Source: a virus. Taken from it: a stretch of DNA of 64,000 nucleotides. Under the pieces are notes generated by a model. It searched no databases. It saw nothing but the letters and a program-made list of their open reading frames with translations, and was not told where the DNA came from. Made by a program: the position numbers and the translations under genes. Location of the stretch: positions 48,887-112,886 of the IMG/VR virus record IMGVR_UViG_3300031469_000005. The stretch is one strand, 5' to 3'. Positions 29,129-38,852 of the stretch are shown here, piece by piece (position 1 is the stretch's first letter; every line of letters begins with the position of its first letter).

Positions 29129-30349
29129 TTAGTTCGAAAAATCGCCGATACCACCGGGTGACGTATGATCAAAATCATCAACCTGCATTTGTGACGTAGC
29201 ATTAACGCTGGTTTCTTCTTCGTAGTCACCTTCAAGTTGACCAACACGAAAGCTTAATTGCTTCATCGTTTCGACCATTTCTTCCGGTGAGTTAACGCGG
29301 CGGCTGTTCTTTGCTTCATTAATGAATGAGATCGGCCATGTTTTCACCTGTTCGAACATATCCATGTTCGATTCACCCAAAAGTTGTTTGATAACGTTCT
29401 CATCCAAGAAATTGATGCAATCGATCTCATCGAATCGTTCGGGTCTGAGCATCGCTTGATCGAACCTATCGAGGTTGTTCGCTGTAACAATAACGATCTT
29501 GAACTGATCATGAAACATTTCAATCGCAGCCAACAACTCATCCTGCCTGTTTGCACGATCAATGTCGTCAATGATCAAAGCTTCGGGTTTAAAGATCTTG
29601 ATAGCATCGTCGACGAGCGTTCCACAAATGTTTCTGTTCAGATCCTGAAGATTGATCCTGAACGAGCGCAAGCCCAATGTACGAATGATCGTCTTTGCGA
29701 TCGTTGATTTTCCGGTACCAGGTTTTCCGTACAACAAAACTGATCGTGGGAGGTTGACATCAATGCATTTTTTTAGGTGGGCAATCTTCCGTGTCGCAAA
29801 TTCTGAATCGAGGTTCTTGATTGATTCGTCAACACGAAAAACGACTCGTTCGGAATTGACTTTTCTTGTTAAGACAACGTGTTTTCCGCCGAACAAGCTC
29901 CAAATTTCGTTACAGATCAATGCTTTCACCGTCTCTAGTTCGCCTTCTTTGACATAGACGGTCGAGCAATCATCTCTGTGCCTATCGGCGTACTTGAGAT
30001 ATCCGATCTTGTACCCTTTCAACGTATGAATTCGAGCAACGCATTCTGAATCGACACCTTTAATGTCGTCGTGTGGGTATTTTTCAATGATCGTTCTAAC
30101 GAGGTCAGAGAGCTCCGAGTCAAACAATTCCGTCCAACCAAAATCGAAGTAGTCCCAAGACGATGCCATGAAATTCTCGTTCAACTTGAGAAGGTTGCTT
30201 GACGCGACCTTCAACACGTTCAACGTACCAAGGTTCGAATGAACGGCTATCATGGTTTCACTGATTCCATTGACAAGGCCCATGCAAACTTTGAACTTTT
30301 TGTCGTTCAACAGATTCATGACAATGATTTTTGCCCTTCGAATGTTCAT
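29129..30349 (-). CDS. AAA+ ATPase
   Basis: LLYGKPGTGKS, IIDDID, TANN, AMLRPERFD. Confidence 0.88.
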   Translation of the reverse strand: MNIRRAKIIVMNLLNDKKFKVCMGLVNGISETMIAVHSNLGTLNVLKVASSNLLKLNENFMASSWDYFDFGWTELFDSELSDLVRTIIEKYPHDDIKGVDSECVARIHTLKGYKIGYLKYADRHRDDCSTVYVKEGELETVKALICNEIWSLFGGKHVVLTRKVNSERVVFRVDESIKNLDSEFATRKIAHLKKCIDVNLPRSVLLYGKPGTGKSTIAKTIIRTLGLRSFRINLQDLNRNICGTLVDDAIKIFKPEALIIDDIDRANRQDELLAAIEMFHDQFKIVIVTANNLDRFDQAMLRPERFDEIDCINFLDENVIKQLLGESNMDMFEQVKTWPISFINEAKNSRRVNSPEEMVETMKQLSFRVGQLEGDYEEETSVNATSQMQVDDFDHTSPGGIGDFSN

Positions 30350-30396
30350 ATGATCACATCATACAATGAAAACTTGATCCATACAATTGAATACCA

Positions 30397-31125
30397 TTGA
30401 ACATGATGCTAAAATTGTTCAGCAATATCATTGCGATCGCTTTTTTGACTCAAGGATGCAACTCAGGGCCTGTAAACGATTCATGTCAAGCAATTGGAAC
30501 GATCTCATCCACAAATGCCGCTCATGTCATACGGGCAAATGAAGTCGCGCTGATTGAGAAAGAAACCATAGTTTGTGGTGGAACTTTTGTAGCGCATGAT
30601 CGGATCCTAACGGCGGCACATTGCATCGAATTCAACGATCTGATCTTCAACTACGCAACGATAAATGATTTTGATACCGAAACGCAAAGAAAATTGCAAT
30701 CCGTTCATGCTAGTCATCTAGTTGCATACGACACGAGCATCGATCTTGCGATGCTAAAAACGGATGAAGATAATTCATCGTTCGCCGTTATTTCACAACG
30801 AACGATCAATCCAGGTGATGAAGTTCAAGTTGTCTGGCACATCAGTGATTCAACCTGGTCGTACAATCAAGGTTTTGTTTCGAATTTAAGGATCGAAAGA
30901 GAACAAAGCGAGCTTCCCGCTGGAGGAATTCGCTTGGAACCCGATCAATCTCTGCAAATCGTGGAATTCAGCATCCTTGCCCATGCCGGAAATTCTGGAT
31001 CGGGCATCTTTGACAAGGATGCGCGGCTCATGGGGGTGACAAGTTGGCTTTCAACCGTCACGCATCTAACGAGCGCGATTCATCGCGACGAGATCTTGAA
31101 ATTCATTGATGATAATTCAATGTAA
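30397..31125 (+). CDS. trypsin-like serine protease (possible lipoprotein)
   Basis: CGGT, LTAAHC, DLAML, GNSGSG, N-terminal hydrophobic stretch + QGC. Confidence 0.88.
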   Translation: MNMMLKLFSNIIAIAFLTQGCNSGPVNDSCQAIGTISSTNAAHVIRANEVALIEKETIVCGGTFVAHDRILTAAHCIEFNDLIFNYATINDFDTETQRKLQSVHASHLVAYDTSIDLAMLKTDEDNSSFAVISQRTINPGDEVQVVWHISDSTWSYNQGFVSNLRIEREQSELPAGGIRLEPDQSLQIVEFSILAHAGNSGSGIFDKDARLMGVTSWLSTVTHLTSAIHRDEILKFIDDNSM

Positions 31126-31422
31126 CTTACGAATGTTCATCGGGTTCTTGATGCTGAACGTCACGACCTGACCCAACGTTAGGTTGTAGAGGAACAGATC
31201 ACCCGATTCAGTGATCGACGTTACCGTGCACAGGTACAATTTCTTGTCATTGAGATGATCCTTTCGAAGGATCACTTCATCACCCGGTTCACATGTCAAA
31301 ATGCCGTCAACGACTGCAGGACTCAACAGATCAAAGTTCACGCGAGGTGGCTTACGTACAGGAATGATGCCGGGGAGGTTGACATGAATCGTTTTTGCGT
31401 TCTTTGGCTCGTGTTTACGCAT
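31117..31422 (-). CDS. SH3-like protein, paralog of the N-terminal domain of 42316..43035
   Basis: CEPGDEVIL..DKKLY..I..GDLFLYNL. Confidence 0.55.
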   Translation of the reverse strand: MRKHEPKNAKTIHVNLPGIIPVRKPPRVNFDLLSPAVVDGILTCEPGDEVILRKDHLNDKKLYLCTVTSITESGDLFLYNLTLGQVVTFSIKNPMNIRKLH

Positions 31423-31690
31423 TTATGATAAAATATCATGATTCATGCCATTGAACACTTTAAATGAATGGTAGTTTTCGAAGAAAATGGCTTCCTTTAA
31501 ATTACCATGCGGAGAACGAACGTTTAATGGACCCGTTCTTAGAAATTGAAGTGATGTTCCACCGTTCACTTGTTTTTGTGAAACAACTAATCGATACAAT
31601 GTATCACCCCGCTCCCCAGTAAAGAACGATGACATCTCCCGGAACGATCCCGTCAGCACGTTTGTAATACCATTGGGGGTACACTTGATT
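31423..31690 (-). pseudogene. PGD family protein with +1 frameshift at a G4 run
   Basis: IVPGDVIVLYW joins ERGDTLYRLVVS if one G is removed. Confidence 0.45.
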
Positions 31691-31700
31691 CGTGTTCTTG

Positions 31701-32138
31701 TCAAGGCGCTTGAACACGTTTTCTCCACGTCCAGTAAAGCATGAGAGCACCATCGCGTGGTGGATCACCACCGAGATTTCCTTCCACAAAGATCTCCCAA
31801 GCTCTAGATGCGTACTCACCGACCCCAGGGAGCTCGACGATGTTCTTCCACTCGTCTTTCATGTATTCCATTGCAAGGTTACGAAGTGTCTTCGTTCGTC
31901 GGTTCTTGAACCCGAGCGGAGCGATCATTTCACGAAGAAAGCTTTCATCACCCTCGATCAAGGCTTCGGGTGTAGGAAATGTTCTCATGAAACTTGGAAA
32001 CACTTTCTCAACCTGCTTTCGACGTGTACAATTCAACATGACGCATGACACGAGAATGAACCATCGATCCGGCCACAAAGATTCCTGAATAAGCCCGTAA
32101 GGGCTCATCAATGGTTGTTCAGTGGATTCTGTTCCCAT
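31701..32138 (-). CDS. HhH-GPD DNA glycosylase, MBD4-like
   Basis: SPYGLIQE..W.LLV....LN.T, PLG, HhH LPGVGEYA, catalytic-position D in PPRDGAL. Confidence 0.85.
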   Translation of the reverse strand: MGTESTEQPLMSPYGLIQESLWPDRWFILVSCVMLNCTRRKQVEKVFPSFMRTFPTPEALIEGDESFLREMIAPLGFKNRRTKTLRNLAMEYMKDEWKNIVELPGVGEYASRAWEIFVEGNLGGDPPRDGALMLYWTWRKRVQAP

Positions 32139-32415
32139 TTCGAAAGATCCTGTAAGAACGAGCGATCGACTTGTTGTATTTTCGTACCTCGTGAGGTGAG
32201 ATTCTTGAATATTGAAAGTCTCCAGGTTCGAATATCTCGTCTAGAATGAATGACCACAAGTAAATTCTACTTGCGAATAAGCACAGGAATGATTGATCGA
32301 CGGGTGATTCATTCGTGAGGTAGAGAAATTGAAAATCTCCCGAATGGTATGAAGAAGGTGCCTTGTACGACACAAGATCGCCGGGTTGAACCTCATCCCA
32401 TCGTTTGATCTTCAT
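32119..32415 (-). CDS. small QPGD family protein
   Basis: WDEVQPGDLV..YRIFRNG. Confidence 0.6.
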   Translation of the reverse strand: MKIKRWDEVQPGDLVSYKAPSSYHSGDFQFLYLTNESPVDQSFLCLFASRIYLWSFILDEIFEPGDFQYSRISPHEVRKYNKSIARSYRIFRNGNRIH

Positions 32416-32646
32416 TCATGCCTTCATTTTGACGTAGATCTGTCGAGCTTCATTGCCATACAGGTTTACAACCCGTGTACGACCCATCAACCCAGCGCGG
32501 TTCAAAACGTCTGAGACGTTCTCTCGAATCCAATCGAGCTCAGCGCCATCGGCCTGGATCTCAACAACGTCCTGAACGTTCAGTTCGGGAACCGTGCTTC
32601 CAACATGCCAAGTTTTTTCAAGGACGTTCGTGACGACGTAAAGCAT
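32416..32646 (-). CDS. phage hypothetical protein (IQADGAEL)
   Basis: ORF track, promoter 32653-32681. Confidence 0.65.
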   Translation of the reverse strand: MLYVVTNVLEKTWHVGSTVPELNVQDVVEIQADGAELDWIRENVSDVLNRAGLMGRTRVVNLYGNEARQIYVKMKA

Positions 32647-32764
32647 TGGTTCAATCTACCACGTTCTTTAATGAATGACACCTAATTTTTTGAAAATTCT
32701 TATCTGGTTCAAGTTTAATGAAGATTAATTCGAGCATTGTTTATAAGGTGATTCACCGCTATAA

Positions 32765-33187
32765 TCAAACGATTTTGAACAATTCTTGATTGTAATCAGC
32801 GAATGGAGAAATTTGAGGATTTAACAACATTTTTCTTGTAACCCATTGAATTTTACCTTCTTCATCTGAGTGAATCGTTCCCGTGATTGAACCTACAAAA
32901 GTAGTTGTTTCATACCCCTGTTTATCAACTCTTGAAAAGATTTTTTGAAGATTTGTTGCAACAAGACCCGTTTCTTCAAACAATTCTCTTTTTGCTGCTT
33001 GAGAAGCAGTTTCTGGAAAATCCACTTTTCCGCCCGGGAGTCCGATCTTAGACGCGTCATCCTTGCGAGAAACCGAAAGGACCAAACCTTTTTCGTTCTG
33101 GATGAAGACGATCGCAGCCTTCTTCTGCTGAACTACCTCTGATAGCAACGAAACGTACGTTCTGATGAATTCTTTTAGAGATGACAT
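32765..33187 (-). CDS. NUDIX hydrolase with N-terminal LKEFIR..LLSE leader
   Basis: Nudix box PGGKVDFPETASQAAKRELFEETGL. Confidence 0.9.
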   Translation of the reverse strand: MSSLKEFIRTYVSLLSEVVQQKKAAIVFIQNEKGLVLSVSRKDDASKIGLPGGKVDFPETASQAAKRELFEETGLVATNLQKIFSRVDKQGYETTTFVGSITGTIHSDEEGKIQWVTRKMLLNPQISPFADYNQELFKIV

Positions 33188-33211
33188 GCACGATTACGTA
33201 TCATGATGATT

Positions 33212-34069
33212 TTAAAACAAAGGATCGAATGTATCGACGAACTTTGTCCACGACTTGTCGTTGACGATTGACTGAAACCCGCAAGCCGTGAAAAAGTTCT
33301 TTGCGAGATCCCAATCTCGCTTACCGACCTTCGTCATGACGTTGATCGTCTCTTCCTCGGTGAAATCATGGAATCTGATCTGTTGAACGTTACGTTCGAG
33401 CTGTGCCTTGTTTTCGGGATCTCCTAACAAGGCTTCTAGCAAACCAACATTATTCAAGTACTTCTCGGCGGTCTTGTCACCAACTCCTTTGATCCCCTTA
33501 ATATTATCCGTTCCGTCACCACGAAGAGCTTTCCAGGTCACGTAGGGGTACGAAGGAGCGGTGATGTGCTTCTTTTGAACTGGATTGTAGAGCTTCACGT
33601 TCTCGAGCTCGAGAAGTTGAATGAAGTCCGTATCTGAGCTAACGACCGTTATCGGTACGGCTCGGGTTGAACGTTTGACAACGTTGTAGATCAGATCATC
33701 ACCTTCAAAGTCTGAATGTTGCATCAGATTCAAAGGAAAGCAGGTGACGAGAAGATCAATGATCATCTTCTTTTGCTTATGAAATGAATTCAACGAATCG
33801 ATCTTCTTGGGATCCGTTTCTTCAACACGACGATTGGCCTTGTATTCGGGGTCGAGAACGAACTGACGTTTCGGTTCACCTTCAAGCACGAAGATGACAC
33901 GAGTGGGATCGTGTTTCTCGATCTCAGATCGTATCGAACGAAAGAAGTTGAAGACGACGTTGAATTCACCGAGCTTGAATCCGCTTCGAGCTCGATGCAA
34001 CATATTGTAACCATCAAAAACAAGAGTATGAGGTTGTTTCATGTCAAAAATTTCCGTTATTGTTTCCAA
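33212..34069 (-). CDS. 5'-3' exonuclease / flap endonuclease (PolI N-terminal / T4 RNase H type)
   Basis: FDGYN, YKANR, EGDD, SSDTDF, GDGTDNIKGIKGVGDKTA. Confidence 0.92.
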   Translation of the reverse strand: METITEIFDMKQPHTLVFDGYNMLHRARSGFKLGEFNVVFNFFRSIRSEIEKHDPTRVIFVLEGEPKRQFVLDPEYKANRRVEETDPKKIDSLNSFHKQKKMIIDLLVTCFPLNLMQHSDFEGDDLIYNVVKRSTRAVPITVVSSDTDFIQLLELENVKLYNPVQKKHITAPSYPYVTWKALRGDGTDNIKGIKGVGDKTAEKYLNNVGLLEALLGDPENKAQLERNVQQIRFHDFTEEETINVMTKVGKRDWDLAKNFFTACGFQSIVNDKSWTKFVDTFDPLF

Positions 34070-34138
34070 CGTCGTTCAAACGTGAAACGAGTTCATGAAT
34101 GATGTTCATGTACGCTTCGCATTCATCGTAGTGATCAA

Positions 34139-34411
34139 TCAAACAACGCTTAACAGTCGCTTGATCACTTCGAACAACACAGCTTCATTCGCTCGATCTT
34201 GCTTGATAAGTTCAAAATCATAGCAATCAGTTCGAGAACTATCAGGCCACAAAACATTGAATTTCCCCGTCGTATTGTCAATACAGACGATCAAACCAAG
34301 ACCATCACGAAAAGATGAATGAAGATATCGTTTAGGATCAAACTTAACGATATCACCTGGTAACAATGAATTCATATCATGAATCGTATCATGCATTTCA
34401 ATGATAAACAC
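34139..34411 (-). CDS. small LLPGD SH3-like protein
   Basis: SLLPGDIVKF..GLIVCID..VLW. Confidence 0.55.
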   Translation of the reverse strand: MFIIEMHDTIHDMNSLLPGDIVKFDPKRYLHSSFRDGLGLIVCIDNTTGKFNVLWPDSSRTDCYDFELIKQDRANEAVLFEVIKRLLSVV

Positions 34412-34559
34412 TAAAACGTTGGACGATTAACCGTGAAAATCGTTTTAGCGAGACACGATGGACACGTGTGCTCGTACACTCCATTTTCAAGAACGATGTG
34501 TGATGGAGGAACGTGTTCAGGACTGAGACATGATTTCGGAATATCCGCGATCTTTCTTA

Positions 34560-35024
34560 TCATAAGTTCACCTTCACTCGACGAACTTTTCCATCGATTT
34601 CCACGTTCATGTAGCCATTTTCATCGATCTCCGTCGAAACTTCGTCAAGAGAACGATTTAACTCCTGCCGAACCCCCTCAGAGGTTTCAAGCGTTTCCAC
34701 GTTACCCTCTGAATTGAAATCAAGCTTCGCTTTTTCGACGGCATTCGCAACGATTTGAACCATCGATGCGGAGACACGAGCAATGAGAACCTTCTTCAAC
34801 TTCTCGGGTGAGGTGAAAATTTCTCCTTTGACCTTTGAAAGGTCAACCAGCGAACTTTCACCCTTAGAATTCACGTGTTTCACGATGTACGTTACCTCAT
34901 TCCCGTTCATCGTCTTCTTTGTAACTTCTTCGGCAACTTGAACCGGAGCGATCTTTGCAGAATCATTTTGCAGGATGAAAAGAACCTGAGAAATTTTGTA
35001 CGTCATCTCGTCACCGTTTTGCAT
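34560..35024 (-). CDS. hypothetical protein
   Basis: ORF track. Confidence 0.65.
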   Translation of the reverse strand: MQNGDEMTYKISQVLFILQNDSAKIAPVQVAEEVTKKTMNGNEVTYIVKHVNSKGESSLVDLSKVKGEIFTSPEKLKKVLIARVSASMVQIVANAVEKAKLDFNSEGNVETLETSEGVRQELNRSLDEVSTEIDENGYMNVEIDGKVRRVKVNL

Positions 35025-35226
35025 TGCTTCGTCTTATCCGATTAGTGATTGAATTCTTTTCGTACCAGCCAGCATCCCGATAAAAACATGTCTCAGTATT
35101 ATAGCCTGTGTACGATGGAGCTTCCCAACGACCCGTACCACAGCACAGGTTGCATGGTTGCCAGAATGGTTTACCCCACGCATCATCAATGCGTTTCTTT
35201 TGAACGAGATAAAAGTACCCGAACAT
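35011..35226 (-). CDS. small protein with CxxCxGxG motif
   Basis: CNLCCGTG. Confidence 0.5.
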   Translation of the reverse strand: MFGYFYLVQKKRIDDAWGKPFWQPCNLCCGTGRWEAPSYTGYNTETCFYRDAGWYEKNSITNRIRRSNAKR

Positions 35227-35233
35227 GAATTCC

Positions 35234-35560
35234 TTATGAATTGGTGAGATTGTTGACGAAGTCGTCCTTCAGAACCTCAACGAACGAATCGTAATTTCCT
35301 TTGAAAGCGACGGTCGACTCAATCTGAAGAACCTTCATTGCAGTAGCGAGCGTTTTTACGTCTAACTTTTCAGAAAATTCTTCATACAAAGCTTTACGAT
35401 CTTCTTTCAATCCTGCAATTTCATTGTCAAGATTTTCAAGACGTGAAAGAAATTCCTTAACCACGATCTTGAGTTCACCGAGCTCAGATGGTTGTAGGGT
35501 TGCAACATCAACTTGAGGTGTCTTAACTTGCTTTTTCATGTGAATCATTGTATGACCCAA
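35234..35560 (-). CDS. GapR/DsbA-like dsDNA-binding protein
   Basis: F..RLENL..EI..LKED.K.LY.E...LDVKTL. Confidence 0.7.
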   Translation of the reverse strand: MGHTMIHMKKQVKTPQVDVATLQPSELGELKIVVKEFLSRLENLDNEIAGLKEDRKALYEEFSEKLDVKTLATAMKVLQIESTVAFKGNYDSFVEVLKDDFVNNLTNS

Positions 35561-35572
35561 ATGATGTGATGT

Positions 35573-35926
35573 TCAAAATACCTTGATCGATTTTACGTTG
35601 CCAATCACCTCATCAACGTTGATGTGCAATTTCCGTGTGAATTTAGCATTCCACTCTTTTTCGAATCTAACCGCGAGATCCCACGCATGTAGTAAAAGGT
35701 CGTACGATCTATCAACGGGCACGACCATTAGGTCGACGTCTGATGAATTGTCACCATTTCTATCAGGCATTCGTCGAGAATCTTGATTCGCCCACGATCC
35801 GACAACAAACGCTCCTGAGAACACATCACGATGATCTTTGAACCAGTCTCGAATGAACGAAATCTCATCATCGATCGATGTTGATTCCGTAAGAACTGAT
35901 TTCACGAATTCTCGAAGCAGTTTCAT
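35573..35926 (-). CDS. minimal nucleotidyltransferase with LLREFV..LTES leader
   Basis: VVGSWA...SDVDLMV. Confidence 0.75.
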   Translation of the reverse strand: MKLLREFVKSVLTESTSIDDEISFIRDWFKDHRDVFSGAFVVGSWANQDSRRMPDRNGDNSSDVDLMVVPVDRSYDLLLHAWDLAVRFEKEWNAKFTRKLHINVDEVIGNVKSIKVF

Positions 35927-36906
35927 ATTGCCTTGATCTTTTGCATCGCTTGGTGATAATCATCGATCATGACGTGTTCGCGAGGAACACCGGATTCGAA
36001 CGCAGACTTGATCTGATCATTCAACTTCTTCACGTAGAAGTTCTTCATCGCCGCCTTGACAGCTTCCACGACCTTCGATTCTACCTGAGATCTTTCGGGA
36101 TCCTTGAGTTTCTTCACTGCGTTCAATTGTGGAATGTTCTTACCGACAACCTTCATCAGATCGTCGACGGTCTGCGCTTTTCCGATCACGTTCACAGCAT
36201 CGAACATCTTTTCAAGCGAGCTTCTCACGATCTTTCGAGCGTCATCCTTCATGCTTTGAATCTTTGGATTGTCCTTAATCATGTCTGCGACACGAGAATC
36301 AATTTCAGAAGATTCTCCGATGATGCGAGATTCATGTTTCTTAACACTTGAGAACAATGCAGATAGTTGAGAAAAATCGAAATCGTTCTTTTTTGAATTC
36401 TTTTTCTTCAATTTTTCAACGTAATTGTTGAGTTTTCCGCCCGTTAACGTGTTCAACAGACCAACGACGACCTTTGGTGATTCCTTTGCGATCTTTGATG
36501 TGATGAGGCTCGTAGGATCATATGCGAACGCTCCGGCAAGTATATCGTTGTCCTTAACGGCTTTCCAAGTACGGTCATAAACGTCACGATATTTGTCCTT
36601 TAGCTTAGAAAGTTGTTCCTTTTCGTCTTTGAAAATTTTGTCATAATCAGAAGACATCCCGGGAAGAATTGTCGTTCCTATGGCTTCGAATGCGACCTTT
36701 CCGACGGTCTGAAGCCGGTTCGAAAGTTTTTCAACACCGTGTTTCGCGGTCGAAAATACGTCAGCGAATGGCTGAAGAAACACATTATAAAGTTTCTTGG
36801 GATCTCCGCCAGTGAAATCGATACCCATGTCAGATGATGAATCAAATCCACCATAGTCCTCTCGAAGAACACGACGCACATACTCTCTCAATAAAACATC
36901 GTTCAC
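35923..36906 (-). CDS. probable virion (internal head) protein with LLREYVR..LRED leader
   Basis: GTG 36906 is 5 nt after TACTTA. Confidence 0.65.
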   Translation of the reverse strand: MNDVLLREYVRRVLREDYGGFDSSSDMGIDFTGGDPKKLYNVFLQPFADVFSTAKHGVEKLSNRLQTVGKVAFEAIGTTILPGMSSDYDKIFKDEKEQLSKLKDKYRDVYDRTWKAVKDNDILAGAFAYDPTSLITSKIAKESPKVVVGLLNTLTGGKLNNYVEKLKKKNSKKNDFDFSQLSALFSSVKKHESRIIGESSEIDSRVADMIKDNPKIQSMKDDARKIVRSSLEKMFDAVNVIGKAQTVDDLMKVVGKNIPQLNAVKKLKDPERSQVESKVVEAVKAAMKNFYVKKLNDQIKSAFESGVPREHVMIDDYHQAMQKIKAI

Positions 36907-36921
36907 GTCAATAAGTATAAT

Positions 36922-37731
36922 TTGATACACGCAGTGGACTATTTAACCGCCTATAATCGAATCATCTATGATCCTCGAAATCACCTCTTGAAAAAAGGTG
37001 AATACGACGTTCATCACATCGTTCCGCGCTCGATGGGAGGAAGTGATGATCATGAAAATTTGATGAAACTTTCTCATCGTGCACATTTCATTGCTCACCA
37101 CCTTTTATGGTTGATGAGTGAAGGCAAAGACAAGATCAAGATGAGAACTGCGTTCTATTTAATGTCACATTTTCACGGTAACAAACTTAATTCATCTCGA
37201 AACTTTGCAAAACTCAAAATTGACGTCAAAACAAATACATCAAAATGTCTTTCTGAGTGGAATAATCTTCGTGTTAGAAATGGTACCCATCCGGGAAGTG
37301 GCGAAAAGGGTTCAAAACATTTCAGCAAAATATGGGCAAATATGTCAAAAGAAGAACACACGCGACGATGTAGAATGATTTCCGAATCACGGAAACGAGA
37401 TTGGCAAAATCTATCAACACAAGAACGTTCACTCATTAACTCAGAACGAAATAAAAAACGTTACTCAAACCCAGAAGAGCGTAAAAAAACTTCTGATTTG
37501 AATAAGAAGATCTTTCAAAATCCTGAACTGAGAAAAAAAATTTCTGAATCTGGAAAAGGCAAATTAAAACCTGGAACCTCACATTCGATGAAAAAGCTTT
37601 GGGCAAATATGTCGACCGAAGATCGAATTAGTAGAGGTAAATCATTTTCAGAAAAAATGTGTAAACGTTGGGCCAAATGGCGACGTGATAACAACCGTCC
37701 TCCGAAACCGGGGGACGAGAATTACTTATAA
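36922..37731 (+). CDS. HNH homing endonuclease with NUMOD3-like tail
   Basis: HHIVPRSMGG..NL..L..RAHFIAH, RKKISES repeats. Confidence 0.88.
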   Translation: MIHAVDYLTAYNRIIYDPRNHLLKKGEYDVHHIVPRSMGGSDDHENLMKLSHRAHFIAHHLLWLMSEGKDKIKMRTAFYLMSHFHGNKLNSSRNFAKLKIDVKTNTSKCLSEWNNLRVRNGTHPGSGEKGSKHFSKIWANMSKEEHTRRCRMISESRKRDWQNLSTQERSLINSERNKKRYSNPEERKKTSDLNKKIFQNPELRKKISESGKGKLKPGTSHSMKKLWANMSTEDRISRGKSFSEKMCKRWAKWRRDNNRPPKPGDENYL

Positions 37732-37772
37732 TTGACACGTGTAGTAGGGGCACGAGTTGTCAAAAAGAACGA

Positions 37773-38060
37773 TTGAAAACGATACTTCATCTGATGCCTG
37801 AAATTCCCTCTGAAGAATGGGGACATCCAAACTTGAACAGAAGGTTGGTTCCTAGCGATCTCGTATTCTACAATGGATTCGCGTGGTTGGTCATCGCTGT
37901 CGAAAACATCTACATGACGGATTTCCACCCAAATGACAGCTACACGATCAAGGTCATTTTTGATGGTGTGATAGATGAACACATTGTGAGCTCAATGTTC
38001 TTTCACATCAAAGATGGTATCATCCATATGTTGGCGACGAATCGAACAAAGCTATGGTGA
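37773..38060 (+). CDS. small LVPSD family protein
   Basis: RLVPSDLVF..LVIAVE. Confidence 0.5.
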   Translation: MKTILHLMPEIPSEEWGHPNLNRRLVPSDLVFYNGFAWLVIAVENIYMTDFHPNDSYTIKVIFDGVIDEHIVSSMFFHIKDGIIHMLATNRTKLW

Positions 38061-38852
38061 AATCGAAATTTCAAGCTTGGTGCAAAAACGTTTACGATCG
38101 AATCGTTTATGATCCTCGAAACAATCTAATTGAAGACAATTATGAAATTCACCACATTGTACCCCGCTCGATTGGGGGTACAAATGACACGAGTAATCTT
38201 GTTAGATTGACATATCGTCAACATTTCATTTGTCATTGGTTGTTGTGGAAAATGTTTTCGGGACTTAAACAACGAAAAATGTGTCATGCATTTCATATGA
38301 TGTCTCACCAACCTCGATTTATCAATCGAGGGCAAAGATTAAACTCAGTTTCATATGCAAGTTTGAAAAAAAATGTTTTGTGAAAATCAGAGTGAAAAAT
38401 CGATTTTCACGGATAAAAATTTTCAATCTAAAATGTCAAAACGATTTTGGAAAAAAATAACGTTAGAACAACGACAATCTAGAAGTGAAAAAATATCAAA
38501 AGCGGTGAAGCTTTTTCAGTCTCAACTTGTTACCAACAATGAACATCATTTTCAGGGTGAACGGGGAAGAATTCACGTTGCCAAGCAAGTCAAAGAAGGA
38601 AGACATCCTTGGTCTTCAGATTCTAAAAAGAATTGGTGGAAAATGGCATTTACAGATGAGGAACGATCTATTGAGATGAGTAAACGAGGTAAAAAACGAT
38701 ATTCGTCATCGATTGCTAAGTCGAAAACTGGAGAAAAAAGTAGGAGTGATTGGGCAAAATACACACCCGAACAACGACAAAATCGTATTCAAAAAATGAA
38801 AGACGGACAAAAAGCTTATTACGCGAAATTGAAATTAGAAGGTGCTAAATGA
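38054..38852 (+). pseudogene. HNH homing endonuclease paralog split by +1 frameshift at A8 (38366-38373)
   Basis: HHIVPRSIGG..RQHFICH in 38054..38383, DNA-binding tail in 38373..38852. Confidence 0.75.
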
